Assembly: GCA_000998135.1 (NCBI GenBank)
Contig: LCCV01000002.1
Coordinates: forward strand, 29,421-93,420
From: Parcubacteria group bacterium GW2011_GWA2_42_14
GTDB taxonomy: Bacteria > Patescibacteriota > Minisyncoccia > Sungbacterales > GWA2-42-14
Length of the DNA: 64,000 bases
Reading direction: 5' to 3'
Shown: positions 38,301-47,400 of the stretch, piece after piece
How the letters are laid out: the number at the start of each line of letters is the position of its first letter
Position numbering within the stretch: the first letter of the stretch is position 1
Made by a program: the position numbers and the translations under genes
The notes under the pieces: model-generated
Seen by the model: only the letters and a program-made list of their open reading frames with translations
Databases searched by the model: none
Told to the model about the DNA's origin: nothing

Positions 38301-39356
38301 GCGGTTTTTAAACCATAATTCCTTTGTTTGCTTTTCCTTTTCCACTTCGTCAAAAAAGAGCTTAACCACCCCGGCGCCGTTAATAACCGCCTGTTTTGAC
38401 AGCAAATTCCAGTAGTCGGTGAGGATGAGGTTGTCGTCGTCAGCAATAGAAAACTTGTTTTTGTTGTCTTTAGGATTCAACAAGTAATACCATCCAAAAG
38501 ATACATCCGACATTACAATATGATATTTTTTATCACTCAAAATACGATAACCAAATAATACGGATAACCCATTTGATAACTGTTCTTCTTCATAAAAACT
38601 TACATCTGGTTTAATAAATAAATCTGAAAAAATAGTATCTTTACTAAAAAAATTATTATTTGAATAGTTTGCCGTTGCATCAAAATAACTACTGATATTT
38701 GATAAAACATATGGTTTTTTACCGCTTTCTATAAGCTCGGCAACCGTATTTAAATTTTCCGGAGAAAATTTTCTGGTCCAATCTTCATAAGGACTTGAGT
38801 TTAAAACTTGAGAATGTTCAAACAGGCCAGCATGACCATCATTACGGGTATGTTCAGGCACAGTTGCGTCTTCCAAAAGATGTAATGTATGCCCCAATGA
38901 CTCCAATCCCCTATTTTTATCTACCCAGGCATAATCGTAAATCGCCCTTTCCCATGAATAATCCGAAGGCGATGAAAATAGGTCAAAAATTGAACCATAA
39001 GTTTTGTCGCGAAACACTCCGTCTTCCTGGGCTTGAGCCAAGGTGTTTTGCGACCAGTCTTTTGAGCTTTCCCAGCTCTCGCCAAGTATAGTAAGACCGC
39101 GATTATAAATCGGGTCGTAAAAATGGTGAAGCCATCTTGTCTCTTCGTCTTCATCAATGCTTCCATTCATTAAAATCGCAATCTCTTCGCTATTTAAGGC
39201 CTTTTCCTGATAATTGTGATTAAAAAAACGGCCGATTTCTTTGGTTAAAGCCGGATGAGTGGTTTGATCGTCATAGGCAAAAACAAGAATGGGCAGAAAT
39301 AAAACAAATACTGCCGCCCCAATCGCTGATATTGTGTGGGAATACTTCGATTGCAT
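35352..39356 (-). CDS. Very large (1334 aa) secreted surface protein with a lamin-tail domain, right-handed beta-helix/pectate-lyase-like repeats and Ala/Ser-rich repeated linkers.
   Basis: N-terminal signal peptide. LTD motif VIINEIAWAGTG...DEWIELKS...DLTGWQLK. Repeated NNTF-type beta-helix segments. Three repeats of PSDA[ED]ASAALGVA. Confidence 0.65.
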   Translation of the reverse strand: MQSKYSHTISAIGAAVFVLFLPILVFAYDDQTTHPALTKEIGRFFNHNYQEKALNSEEIAILMNGSIDEDEETRWLHHFYDPIYNRGLTILGESWESSKDWSQNTLAQAQEDGVFRDKTYGSIFDLFSSPSDYSWERAIYDYAWVDKNRGLESLGHTLHLLEDATVPEHTRNDGHAGLFEHSQVLNSSPYEDWTRKFSPENLNTVAELIESGKKPYVLSNISSYFDATANYSNNNFFSKDTIFSDLFIKPDVSFYEEEQLSNGLSVLFGYRILSDKKYHIVMSDVSFGWYYLLNPKDNKNKFSIADDDNLILTDYWNLLSKQAVINGAGVVKLFFDEVEKEKQTKELWFKNRSWWQKAWNWTSSLFSTLTNFSAENLDGQASSDSNTSYTAAIITSTESTTELSTPSDADASAALGVADDEIANFGSFYGESSRTISETSDIEPVPQIYGGSTSIDSETLDLAPAATSTPSVFLPMPTLGVATSTPPPPPPYALGDFIAGAGGEYVAPVQASTPSDAEASAALGVATTTTDTTPPDISLNIQECSDSFSQTDCVIATTTLTIFLESNSEDIASFFLNCAYRQKTSQPWQDCDDFLKFIEVEPPMGGSTSTASSTAPFATSFIFTASPNTFYEFRAKAKDKTGNESAEIVKILEINQMPVIINEIAWAGTGNSATTSEDEWIELKSRSEAEIDLTGWQLKFFKPGEPEPKIIINLSGKIAPKSYYLIERDDDNAVSIIKADFIASFGAGLDDNGMILKLEKGSTTASGEPSRTIDRTPELCPWDRSRPTGWCAGILLARFSMERIDPDAPGETQANWGTYFEEEIVNINKNAEDGPVYGTPKARNSVNYLIAVDGNLTGDRILTKENSPYLIRRAGLTIRDGAVLNIEPGVVIKIMPPNDYWAIINVYGKIFSRGAPEEPIVFTGIYDDEYGGDTNKDGVCDPLNASSTAICPQAGNWRQFTFNLESSGSEFLNTFFRYGGNMDNNLPFKRRAMIYITSAALSFKNSRLEHSLLRGLSCINCNANIENSVFYKNALEALIIAGSAPKVLNNTFLENGGGIFSSDIHGGEVRNNTFDKNGNVIIAESSPPLFGGNTVISDSPGVKGIIIRNNAGNDHVFAKDLPYIIDWGNYTFAGNISAEKGAVFKFMPNTGLTIAGAFSANGTLEEPVVFTSFYDDEYGGDTNNDATSSQPILGHWRGIDFWGSGEAVFDGAVIRYAGGEEERYNLAGIKAGGNEPLTIKNSVIEKNKFKGVWLASNASSTVTDTIFRDNLLPGKQYYALVISGSATTTISNLIFRDNGVGMAVDSSHHLINNGGIDFYDDSNVIKTIPPDLLP

Positions 39357-39505
39357 AAATTTATAAGTAGCAAAACACCACTAAAACGGCAAGGCCGGGC
39401 CTTTATAACGAAATCCGCTCTGCAAGCGGATTTAAGTTTAAAGATTTTGTGTCTGCGTATGTCTGCATTCTGTCTACGCCGGTCAGCGATGCGTGAAGCG
39501 CATAT

Positions 39506-39976
39506 TTATAAATCTAAAATTTTCCATTTATTGTTTACATTTTTAGCAACTAAAATTGTTAAGGCAACTTGTTTTTGGTCATTAGCAATACTAAAAGACA
39601 CCTGCCCATCAGAAATATCATTTTTATATTTCTTACGTTCTAAATCAAATGTCATTTCGGTAATTTTATTAGCGCTCTTAACATTATTTAAATTCCCTCT
39701 CCACTCCTCCTGCTTGTCCAGCACAAAGTATTTAGAGGCCAAATCAATGTCGCCGGTTTTCAGGGCCGAAATAAAAAGCTCAAGGGTTTCTTCGGGCGTG
39801 TCTCCGCCGTAAGTGTCGGCCATGTAGCGCTCTTTTTGGGCCAAAAGGTCCTGATATTTGTGGTATTCAGGCGAGGTTCTATAGCGATAATATCCTATGC
39901 CAAAGAAAATCCCGGCGCCGATAAGCACTATGACCAAAAACTGTAAAAAGTATTTAATTATGAGTTTTTTGTTCAT
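39506..39976 (-). CDS. Hypothetical membrane-anchored small protein.
   Basis: N-terminal TM helix (FLQFLVIVLIGAGIFFGIGYY), then a soluble domain with no recognised motif. Confidence 0.35.
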   Translation of the reverse strand: MNKKLIIKYFLQFLVIVLIGAGIFFGIGYYRYRTSPEYHKYQDLLAQKERYMADTYGGDTPEETLELFISALKTGDIDLASKYFVLDKQEEWRGNLNNVKSANKITEMTFDLERKKYKNDISDGQVSFSIANDQKQVALTILVAKNVNNKWKILDL

Positions 39977-40217
39977 AATATCAAATTATTATAATTGACT
40001 CAATTACTCTAAGTTACTCTGATTAAAACCAAAAGTCAAATGTCTTGTGTCTTGTGTAACTGTTGAATAATTGCCAAAAAGTTACCTCCTGAACTTTTCG
40101 CAAGACAACTTTTTGGCTTTAAATAAGGTAACCCCTCGACTCTGCTCGGGGGGTAAGAGGATTATTAATAACCTCTGTGGATAACTTTCGGTTTATTTTC
40201 GGTATTAAGGTGTTAAT

Positions 40218-41687
40218 ATGAAAATGATGCTAACTTTACGGCAAAAACAAATACTGGATTTTGTTGCCACCTACGCGCATAAACGGAAAATTGCCCCCTC
40301 GCTTGAAGAAATCAAAAGGCATTTTCGGCTAAAATCGGTTTCAAATATCCATCAGCACCTCAATGCTTTAGCGGCCAAGGGCTATTTAAACAGGTTCAAA
40401 AACCGGAAACGCGGCATTGAGCTCCCCCAATCCGAACGTCTCGTAAAAATACCGCTCTTGGGAGAAATTGCCGCAGGCAAACCGATAGAAGCAATAGAAC
40501 ATAAAGAGTTTATCGCGGTCCCCGAGTCAAAATTGGCTTCAGGCGGGGAAATTTACGCCCTTCGCGTAAAAGGAGACAGCATGATTGACGAACATATAAA
40601 TAACGGGGACACAATTTTAATAAAAAGGCAGAATGTCGCCGAAAACGGCCAAAAAGTGGTAGCGCTCCTTAACGGAAATGAAGCAACGCTTAAAACTTTT
40701 TACAAAGAAAGGGGGCAGATAAGATTGGAGCCGGCCAATAAAAATTATCAACCCCTCATAATAAAAAGGGGGCAGGAGTTTTCTTTGCAGGGCGTTTTAC
40801 TTGATGTAATAAAAACAAATGAGGATGAATGGCAAACAAAACCTTTTACATTGCCAGCCGAAGAAGGAAAAGGGCGACAAACTATTACTTTTCAAAAAAT
40901 CCCTCCTTATTTTGAAGAACGAAATTTTATTTTATATCATGGAGATTGTGTCGGCGTTCTTGCACAACTGCCGCCAGAATCGGTTGATATGATTTTTGCC
41001 GATCCTCCATACAATCTTTCCAATGATGGATTTTCGCTTCACGCCGGCAAAAGAGTTAGTGTAAATAAAGGAAACTGGGATAAGAGCAAGGGGTTTAAAG
41101 ATGACTACGATTTTCATTATCGCTGGCTCAATGCCTGCAAAAATATTCTAAAGCCCAACGGCACTCTTTGGGTAAGCGGAACATACCACTCAATTTATCA
41201 ATGCGGCTACGCGCTGCAATCTCTTGGTTATCACATATTAAATGATATTTCATGGTTCAAACCAAACGGCTCGCCGAATTTGAGCTGCCGTTATTTTACG
41301 GCCTCACACGAAACTTTGCTCTGGGCGCGAAAAGACAAAAAAGCGAAACATTTTTTCAACTATAATTTAATGAAAAAAGGGAATTGGCCGGAAGATTTTA
41401 TTAAAAAACCAAACCTGCAAATGCGTTCGGTTTGGGCGATTTATCCGCCTAAAAAGCCGGAAAAAACTTTTGGCAAACACCCAACGCAGAAGCCGCTAGA
41501 ATTATTAAAGAGAATTATCCTTGCATCAACAAACCCCGGCGCCGTCATTCTTGACCCGTTCACCGGAAGTTCCACAACGGGAATTGCCTCGGAAATAATA
41601 GGAAAAAGAAAGTTTATCGGAATTGATACTGATAAAAAATATCTCGAACTATCCGTAAAACGCTTTAAAGAGATTATGACGACATAA
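40218..41687 (+). CDS. Fusion protein: complete LexA-type repressor (wHTH plus S24 autopeptidase) fused to a beta-class (DPPY...FxGxG) N6-adenine/N4-cytosine DNA methyltransferase.
   Basis: N-terminal 200 aa: LTLRQKQILDFV... wHTH, cleavage-site region LLGEIAAGKPIEA, catalytic Ser in VKGDSMIDE and Lys in GNEATLKTFYK. C-terminal 270 aa: motif IV MIFADPPYN (41001-41012), then ...WVSGTY..., and C-terminal motif I ILDPFTGSSTTGIA. This is a single uninterrupted 489-codon ORF. Confidence 0.8.
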   Translation: MKMMLTLRQKQILDFVATYAHKRKIAPSLEEIKRHFRLKSVSNIHQHLNALAAKGYLNRFKNRKRGIELPQSERLVKIPLLGEIAAGKPIEAIEHKEFIAVPESKLASGGEIYALRVKGDSMIDEHINNGDTILIKRQNVAENGQKVVALLNGNEATLKTFYKERGQIRLEPANKNYQPLIIKRGQEFSLQGVLLDVIKTNEDEWQTKPFTLPAEEGKGRQTITFQKIPPYFEERNFILYHGDCVGVLAQLPPESVDMIFADPPYNLSNDGFSLHAGKRVSVNKGNWDKSKGFKDDYDFHYRWLNACKNILKPNGTLWVSGTYHSIYQCGYALQSLGYHILNDISWFKPNGSPNLSCRYFTASHETLLWARKDKKAKHFFNYNLMKKGNWPEDFIKKPNLQMRSVWAIYPPKKPEKTFGKHPTQKPLELLKRIILASTNPGAVILDPFTGSSTTGIASEIIGKRKFIGIDTDKKYLELSVKRFKEIMTT

Positions 41688-41703
41688 GCAATCTCTACAA
41701 ACC

Positions 41704-42279
41704 CTATCTTCTAAGGGGTAGGGCCGACTCTAACACTTCTGTATAGTGTTTTTTGCCGTCAATGTAGTCCCTTAATGTAAAGAGGAGATTTCGGAACATA
41801 TATGCACCCGGAGTCGCTTTTTCGTTTTTGGAAAAAAGTTCAATGACCGTAGCCACATAATCAAGCGAAAGGGTATAATTCTGCTCAATATGGGCATAAC
41901 GTTTGGTAATTTCTTCCACCGTTTCAAGTTTTAAATCATCTCGCTTCTTAACGGTAGTGAAAGGCGTGACACGGTCATAATAATCGATGTAATATTGTAT
42001 GATTTCTCGAACTTCTTTTCTATATTCCGGAATCTTAAGAAGTAAATCAACCACCCAATATGTATGCGGCGGGAGTACGGGTTTTTTATCGAGACCGGGC
42101 ACTAACACCTTAAGCTTAAAATCCAGTTTCGGATTCGCCCCGCGGCTACCTTGAAAAAGGGCGACAAGCGTCCCATCTTTTATTTTATATGTCTTGAACG
42201 CGCGCTCTTTGGGCGATAATTGCCAAAGATGCGTGCCGTCATAATATTTAAGATTATAAACAAGAGGAGTTTGCGGCAT
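41704..42279 (-). CDS. Hypothetical protein (191 aa), convergent with the LexA-MTase gene.
   Basis: ORF with good coding appearance. No recognised motif. It has a weak D...E-x-K-like segment (VVDLLLKIPEYRK). Confidence 0.35.
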   Translation of the reverse strand: MPQTPLVYNLKYYDGTHLWQLSPKERAFKTYKIKDGTLVALFQGSRGANPKLDFKLKVLVPGLDKKPVLPPHTYWVVDLLLKIPEYRKEVREIIQYYIDYYDRVTPFTTVKKRDDLKLETVEEITKRYAHIEQNYTLSLDYVATVIELFSKNEKATPGAYMFRNLLFTLRDYIDGKKHYTEVLESALPLRR

Positions 42280-42357
42280 AACCTCTCTAGTGTAATCTTT
42301 TCAAACGAAATGATCAACCGCCTCTCCGCTCCCTTGCTCGTTGCTCGCCCCGAATAT

Positions 42358-43176
42358 TTAGAAGACCGGCGATAAAGTAGGGAAAGTTTCAAAAAGACTT
42401 TTAATTTTGGGTAGCGGTGATCGGTTGAATGGCGGATAAGCAAAAGCGAAAAAAAATTTTGCAAGAGAACGGCGGTTTAATAAAACCGCAACCAAATTAG
42501 CAAAAGTAAGCAGGGTATTTATTCTTCCGTAATCACCCTCTGCATTCTCATGGCCCATGGTATGCATTTTTACATCTTCATTTAACGCCAAAACGTCTAA
42601 AAAATACAAATACACATCTATAGGAATGCCCTCAATTTCTGGCAATCTTTTTTTGAGAACAGCTAAGGAAATTTTCGGAGGCACATATCTCCATTTATTC
42701 TCCTTATTTTTCATATGGTCTAACATAAAAGCCATTCGATAAATCAACATTCCAAAAATTTCTAAGCCGAAGATGTCGGCGCGCATAAGATGCCCTATTT
42801 GCTCAAACATATCTCCAAACGTTAAATCCTTACCAATCTTAACTCCTGCTTGCATGATAAAAGGATTCATATCATTTTTATTATTTGTGATTTTACCTGT
42901 TTTATAATGCTTACGTTTAAAATCGGGGGCCGCTTCTTTTCCCGGCTTGCCAACAGCAACAACAAAATCATGGCTCTTATAAATCTCCGTTGTTATTCTA
43001 TGCGCCTGGTCTTTGCCCCTCGGCCATCCTATTGCCTCTTGCAGCATTTCTATTCGAAGGGGCCTGGCAGTTGAGCTTAATTTATTAAGAGTAATTAAAC
43101 AAAGTTCTTTATTAATTGCCAAAATGGTTTCTTCCGGTATGCCGAGAGCTAAATAATATTCTTCGGTTATTTTCAT
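42358..43176 (-). CDS. Hypothetical protein (272 aa).
   Basis: ORF only. No recognised domain. It has a possible Rx6H segment (RMAFMLDH) but nothing diagnostic. Confidence 0.35.
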   Translation of the reverse strand: MKITEEYYLALGIPEETILAINKELCLITLNKLSSTARPLRIEMLQEAIGWPRGKDQAHRITTEIYKSHDFVVAVGKPGKEAAPDFKRKHYKTGKITNNKNDMNPFIMQAGVKIGKDLTFGDMFEQIGHLMRADIFGLEIFGMLIYRMAFMLDHMKNKENKWRYVPPKISLAVLKKRLPEIEGIPIDVYLYFLDVLALNEDVKMHTMGHENAEGDYGRINTLLTFANLVAVLLNRRSLAKFFFAFAYPPFNRSPLPKIKSLFETFPTLSPVF

Positions 43177-43180
43177 ATTT

Positions 43181-44041
43181 TTATTTTTTTAGCGCGTCAA
43201 TCTCTGCTGCGACTGCCTTATTATGGGGGTCTAAAGCAAGGACTTTTTGGTAATACTCAAGGGCTTTGGGGAAATTGCCCTGTTCTTTATAAAAACGGGC
43301 GAGGTAGCTTAAAAGGGTTTGGTTGTCGGGGTTGGCGGCGAGACCGGATTCAATTATTTTTATAATTTTGTTGCTTCTCGACTCGCCTGCGGGTTCGCTC
43401 GAAGAATATAAATCGGCAAGGGCTGTATATGGATAAATATCGCCCGGAGCATTCTCTATGGCCTTCTTATAGCTTAATTCGGCCTTAGGATAGTCCTTAA
43501 GATATAAAGCGTATAATCCACCCAGATTAGCAAAAGAGGTGGAATTTTGGGGCCTGATGAGTGAGGCATACTCCCAGGCGTCCCGCGCTCCCAAATAATC
43601 GCCGAAAAATTTCTTAATTACCCCGGCTCTTAACCAATTATCAAGATTATCCGGGCTTTCGGAAACGAATTTGGCAATGTCCAAAAGTTCATTTCTTAGC
43701 TTGGTTTTGACATCTTCAGGATAAGCTAAAACGACGCTTTTATCTTCGTTTACGGTTCCGATTGGGGCGCCATTGTATTGAGGAAGCGTAGGTAATTCTG
43801 TTGGTTTTACAACTTCACCGGACAAGTCACGACCTTCTTTGCGGACAAGGTCGGGACTTGATTGACCGACAAGACCCGGTCTTTTTTCCTCAAGGTCGGG
43901 CCTTAAAACGTCACCGAAAAAATAATAGCCGGAGGCGATAAAGGCCAAAAATAATAAAATAACGAGGTCGCGGAGGAGTAGATTTTTTGTTGAATTGGAC
44001 ATGTTTTTATTAATAGGTATGACTTCGACGAAATCAGGCAA
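43181..44041 (-). CDS. TPR-repeat protein with N-terminal TM anchor.
   Basis: N-terminal hydrophobic helix. C-terminal TPR-like repeats (WEYASLIRPQNSTSFANLGGLYALYLKDYPKAELSYKKAIE...ALEYYQKVLALDPHNKAV). Confidence 0.6.
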   Translation of the reverse strand: MPDFVEVIPINKNMSNSTKNLLLRDLVILLFLAFIASGYYFFGDVLRPDLEEKRPGLVGQSSPDLVRKEGRDLSGEVVKPTELPTLPQYNGAPIGTVNEDKSVVLAYPEDVKTKLRNELLDIAKFVSESPDNLDNWLRAGVIKKFFGDYLGARDAWEYASLIRPQNSTSFANLGGLYALYLKDYPKAELSYKKAIENAPGDIYPYTALADLYSSSEPAGESRSNKIIKIIESGLAANPDNQTLLSYLARFYKEQGNFPKALEYYQKVLALDPHNKAVAAEIDALKK

Positions 44042-44384
44042 TAAAATGATACTCCCTAAGCGAGCCCTGCGAGTCGAAGGGTTTCCTTGAATGTATGCCT
44101 TCGACCCGCTTCGCCAAAGCTTCAGCGAGGCGAGTCAGCGAGGCGAGCAAGCTCGAAGAATAAGCAGAGATTACTTCGTCGGTACGCCTCCTCGCAATGA
44201 CGCCGGAATAGTACCTTATAAAAATTATCATTAATAAAGAGATAAATCAATGGTCGTCATCATATATTGCCTGAACTTGTTGAAGGCATACCTTAATGGT
44301 AAACCCTTCGACTCGGCTCAGGGAATAATATTTATAAACAGACCGTCCGAAAACTATAGAACTTCAAAAAACTCGAACAATAAT

Positions 44385-44416
44385 AAAACCAGCCCCGAAA
44401 GGGGGCTGGTTTTATT
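44385..44416 (-). terminator. Rho-independent terminator downstream of the 1205-aa surface-protein gene.
   Basis: ccagcccc-gaaa-gggggctgg makes an 8-9 bp GC-rich stem, flanked by an A-tract on + and a T-tract on - (ggttttattattgttcgagtttttt in the gene sense). It lies 45 bp past the stop. Confidence 0.6.
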
Positions 44417-44460
44417 AGAATCGTCTAGAGAGGCCACAAGACTCTTAAGACGTTCAGAGG

Positions 44461-47400
44461 TTAGTAGGAAACAACTTCAGCTGCCATGTTCGTCGCGGGC
44501 AGACCTACCACGCCAAATCCATTGGTCCAGTCCTTGCTGGAAAGCGCAGCGGTAGTCGTAGCGTTTGGAGACCAGATTAAGTCATTATGGGTTTGATCAG
44601 CTATACCCGCAGTTGAAGGAGTAGTTGATGCCTGACCCATAATCGGGTTGGTAGCAGACGGTGTTCCGGGTATCAATCCAGGATATGCTCCATCACCTTC
44701 AAGTTGTGTTGATACGGATGAGTTGGTGGAAACCGAGGAAACGGTTGCCACAACATCAAAGTATCTGGTTGCGCCCGCGGGAACTTGAATAACATCTGTA
44801 GGTACTCCTAGAACACTTCCTGACTGAGTTACCGGGTCAAAGTAGACGCTAAACTGGTTACCACCGCCATACAAAACGTTATCCTCAGTTCCAGCGCTAA
44901 ACCATTCTTTCTTATTTTGAACCGGAATCGCGGTATTGTTCAACAAACCGGAATTGGCATAAGCCGCGATTGAGAAGAGAATATCGCTATAACCATACAC
45001 ACGCAAATTCTGCACAGTTGCCGAAGTCGTTGACATCACAAAGGTGAATTTAGCCAATCCTATATCGCCGTGGGAATCCGCGGTTACCTTGAACCTCAAC
45101 AAACTGACAGTACCTGCGGCGAGTTTATTCGTCGACAAGGAAACTTTAGCAAATGTCGGGTAGGACTTGAACATCCTTACGCCGTTGGAAGCTGTGCTTG
45201 AAACCGCGGCAGTATCAGCGGTCTTTGTCTGAATGGTAGAACCGGATGATTGCCCAACGCCTTCCGTTCCCCTGCTGCCTCCGTCAAAATCAACTACAAC
45301 CAAAGCTCCTTCAGTTCCAACCTGCGAAGTGCCGATTGCGCTCAAATCGCCTTTTACGGTCAGAGTCTTATCCCCATCTTTGGGAATCACGAAATCGGCC
45401 GTAAGGGTTGAAGTTGAATAATCGGTACCGGTAAACAAACCTTCTCCGACCTTGGTTGAACCGTCCCACAAAGTATATTTCACAATATCCGCGGGAGCGT
45501 TATTGGTCGTGGAAGAAAGTTTCAATGCAAGTTTTTGAAGCGTAATGGCTTCGTTGGTCGCGTGTAAGTTGAGTAACGCCAACGGAACATCCGTAGTGTT
45601 TCCGGCAACTATCGCGTAAGTCGGACTTGAAGCGCTAAGCGATACGGACAATGAGCCACCTGCAACCAAAGTCATTTCATTCTGATCGTCGGTGGAAGCG
45701 AGATGAGTTACGGTTGCCGCTTGCCCTGATGTAACACCAGTCGCGGAAAGAGTACTTGCCGCAATCTGCCATTCTGCCTGATTACTAGCAGTCAAGTTTG
45801 CAGGAATATTGCACTTGATGGCCAAGGTCTTGGTTGTTCCTTTGGGAATAATCAAGTGGCTATCAAGCGTAAAGGTTTTTGCTCCTTCAGTAGCTATATC
45901 AACAACATTGGTGCCGGTATTCAGGGCGGTTGCTCCGTCCCAAACTTGGCAACCAGTCAAATCTGTCGTATCTGCTCCGGTATCATCCGCAAACGTAAAG
46001 CTAAGGGTGGTAAAACGAATATCCTCGCCGGAAGCCGTTGCGTCAAACACCGGCTTGGCAAAGGTAAATCCTTGTATACCCATAACTACGTTTTGCGCGG
46101 GCGGGTCGGAAGACAAAGTAACAGTAACAACCGCGCTTTTTACAGTCATAGTATTTCCGGTAACTTGTCCAGCTGGAGTCGGGGTAACCGCTGTTCCGGT
46201 AACGGCACCGGTTCCGTTCCTCCAATCCGTTCCCGGAGTGGTGGAAGCGATAATAGTGTCATTATTTTCAAAACCGGAAGTCGCGGCTAATTTGCCCTTT
46301 AAGGTATAAAGGCCTTTTCCAATGGGGAAAGTAATGGAATCGGTAAAGGTTACATATCCATGAGCAACTAAGCTGTTTACGGTATTTCCCGCTTGTCCGT
46401 CAACAGGACCGGCAACAACCGCTCCTGACGGGCCAACCAATACTATATTGTCAATGTCGTCAACATCAATTTCCGCTCCTCCGTCAGAATCAGAAAGAGT
46501 AAAGCGGAAAGAAGTTTCTGGAATCGTTACCGCCTCTCCCTTTACTTCCACATCAAATCCACCCAAGGGCTGGTCAGCAAGAGTTACAGCAACATTTTGC
46601 GATGCTACCGCTGTTGATTTGGATACAACTATGGAGCCAGCGCCGATATTAATGGCATTGGCATTATAAGCCGGGCTAGCTGAATCAAATCCAGCTGTGC
46701 CAGTATCGGCAGGCAATAAGCCATATCCATACTGGGCTCCGACTACATAAAGGTCGTCATGGCGGTAAATGTCAAAATCAACTGTTCTCGCGGAACCGGA
46801 AACAATATCGCCTTTTACGTAAATTTCAGCGGTATTGCCTTTCAAAACTTTGACTCCAGTTCCAAAAACAGAGGTGTAATATTTTCCATCAGAACTTACG
46901 GTCGTGTCATAAGCAGTTCCGGCAACATAAACCTTGACATTAGCAAGGTCGGCCGTGGCCGCGGAACCGGATTGGTTGAATTTGACTGATTTAATCCAGA
47001 TGTCCTCCCCTGCTCCTGCTGTTCCTTTAATAGAAGAGAACACATAACCGGTTGTTCCAACTTCTTTGGTAATACCGGTTGTTGAAGGATCAAGCGGACC
47101 CCTGATAAGGTCAAATCCACCTACAAGGCCTGATGTTTCGTTCATGGTCTGACCGGTGCCTGCAACCGGAAGTCCGGTAACTGTGGCTGAACCAGCGCTC
47201 ACCGCCACAACTGTCAAGCGGATAACCTGTCCGGAATAACCGGTGGTTGCTCCGCGATTAGCGGCAATAGTCATGGTTTTAGAAGTTCCTGCTTTTACGG
47301 TGAAGGGCTCGGTCAAGACCGCCTGATGAAGGGAATTCAAGGTCTTGGAAAGACCTAATTGAAGTCCGTCTTCACCAAGAATAACGATTCCGGAAAGAGC

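Noticed and set aside
40000-40217. LexA (SOS) box upstream of the LexA-MTase gene.
   Set aside because: Neither a CTGT-N8-ACAG nor a GAAC-N4-GTTC type dyad is present in the leader. Only a MITE copy and a lone tgtggataa were seen. The operator of this lineage's LexA is unknown.
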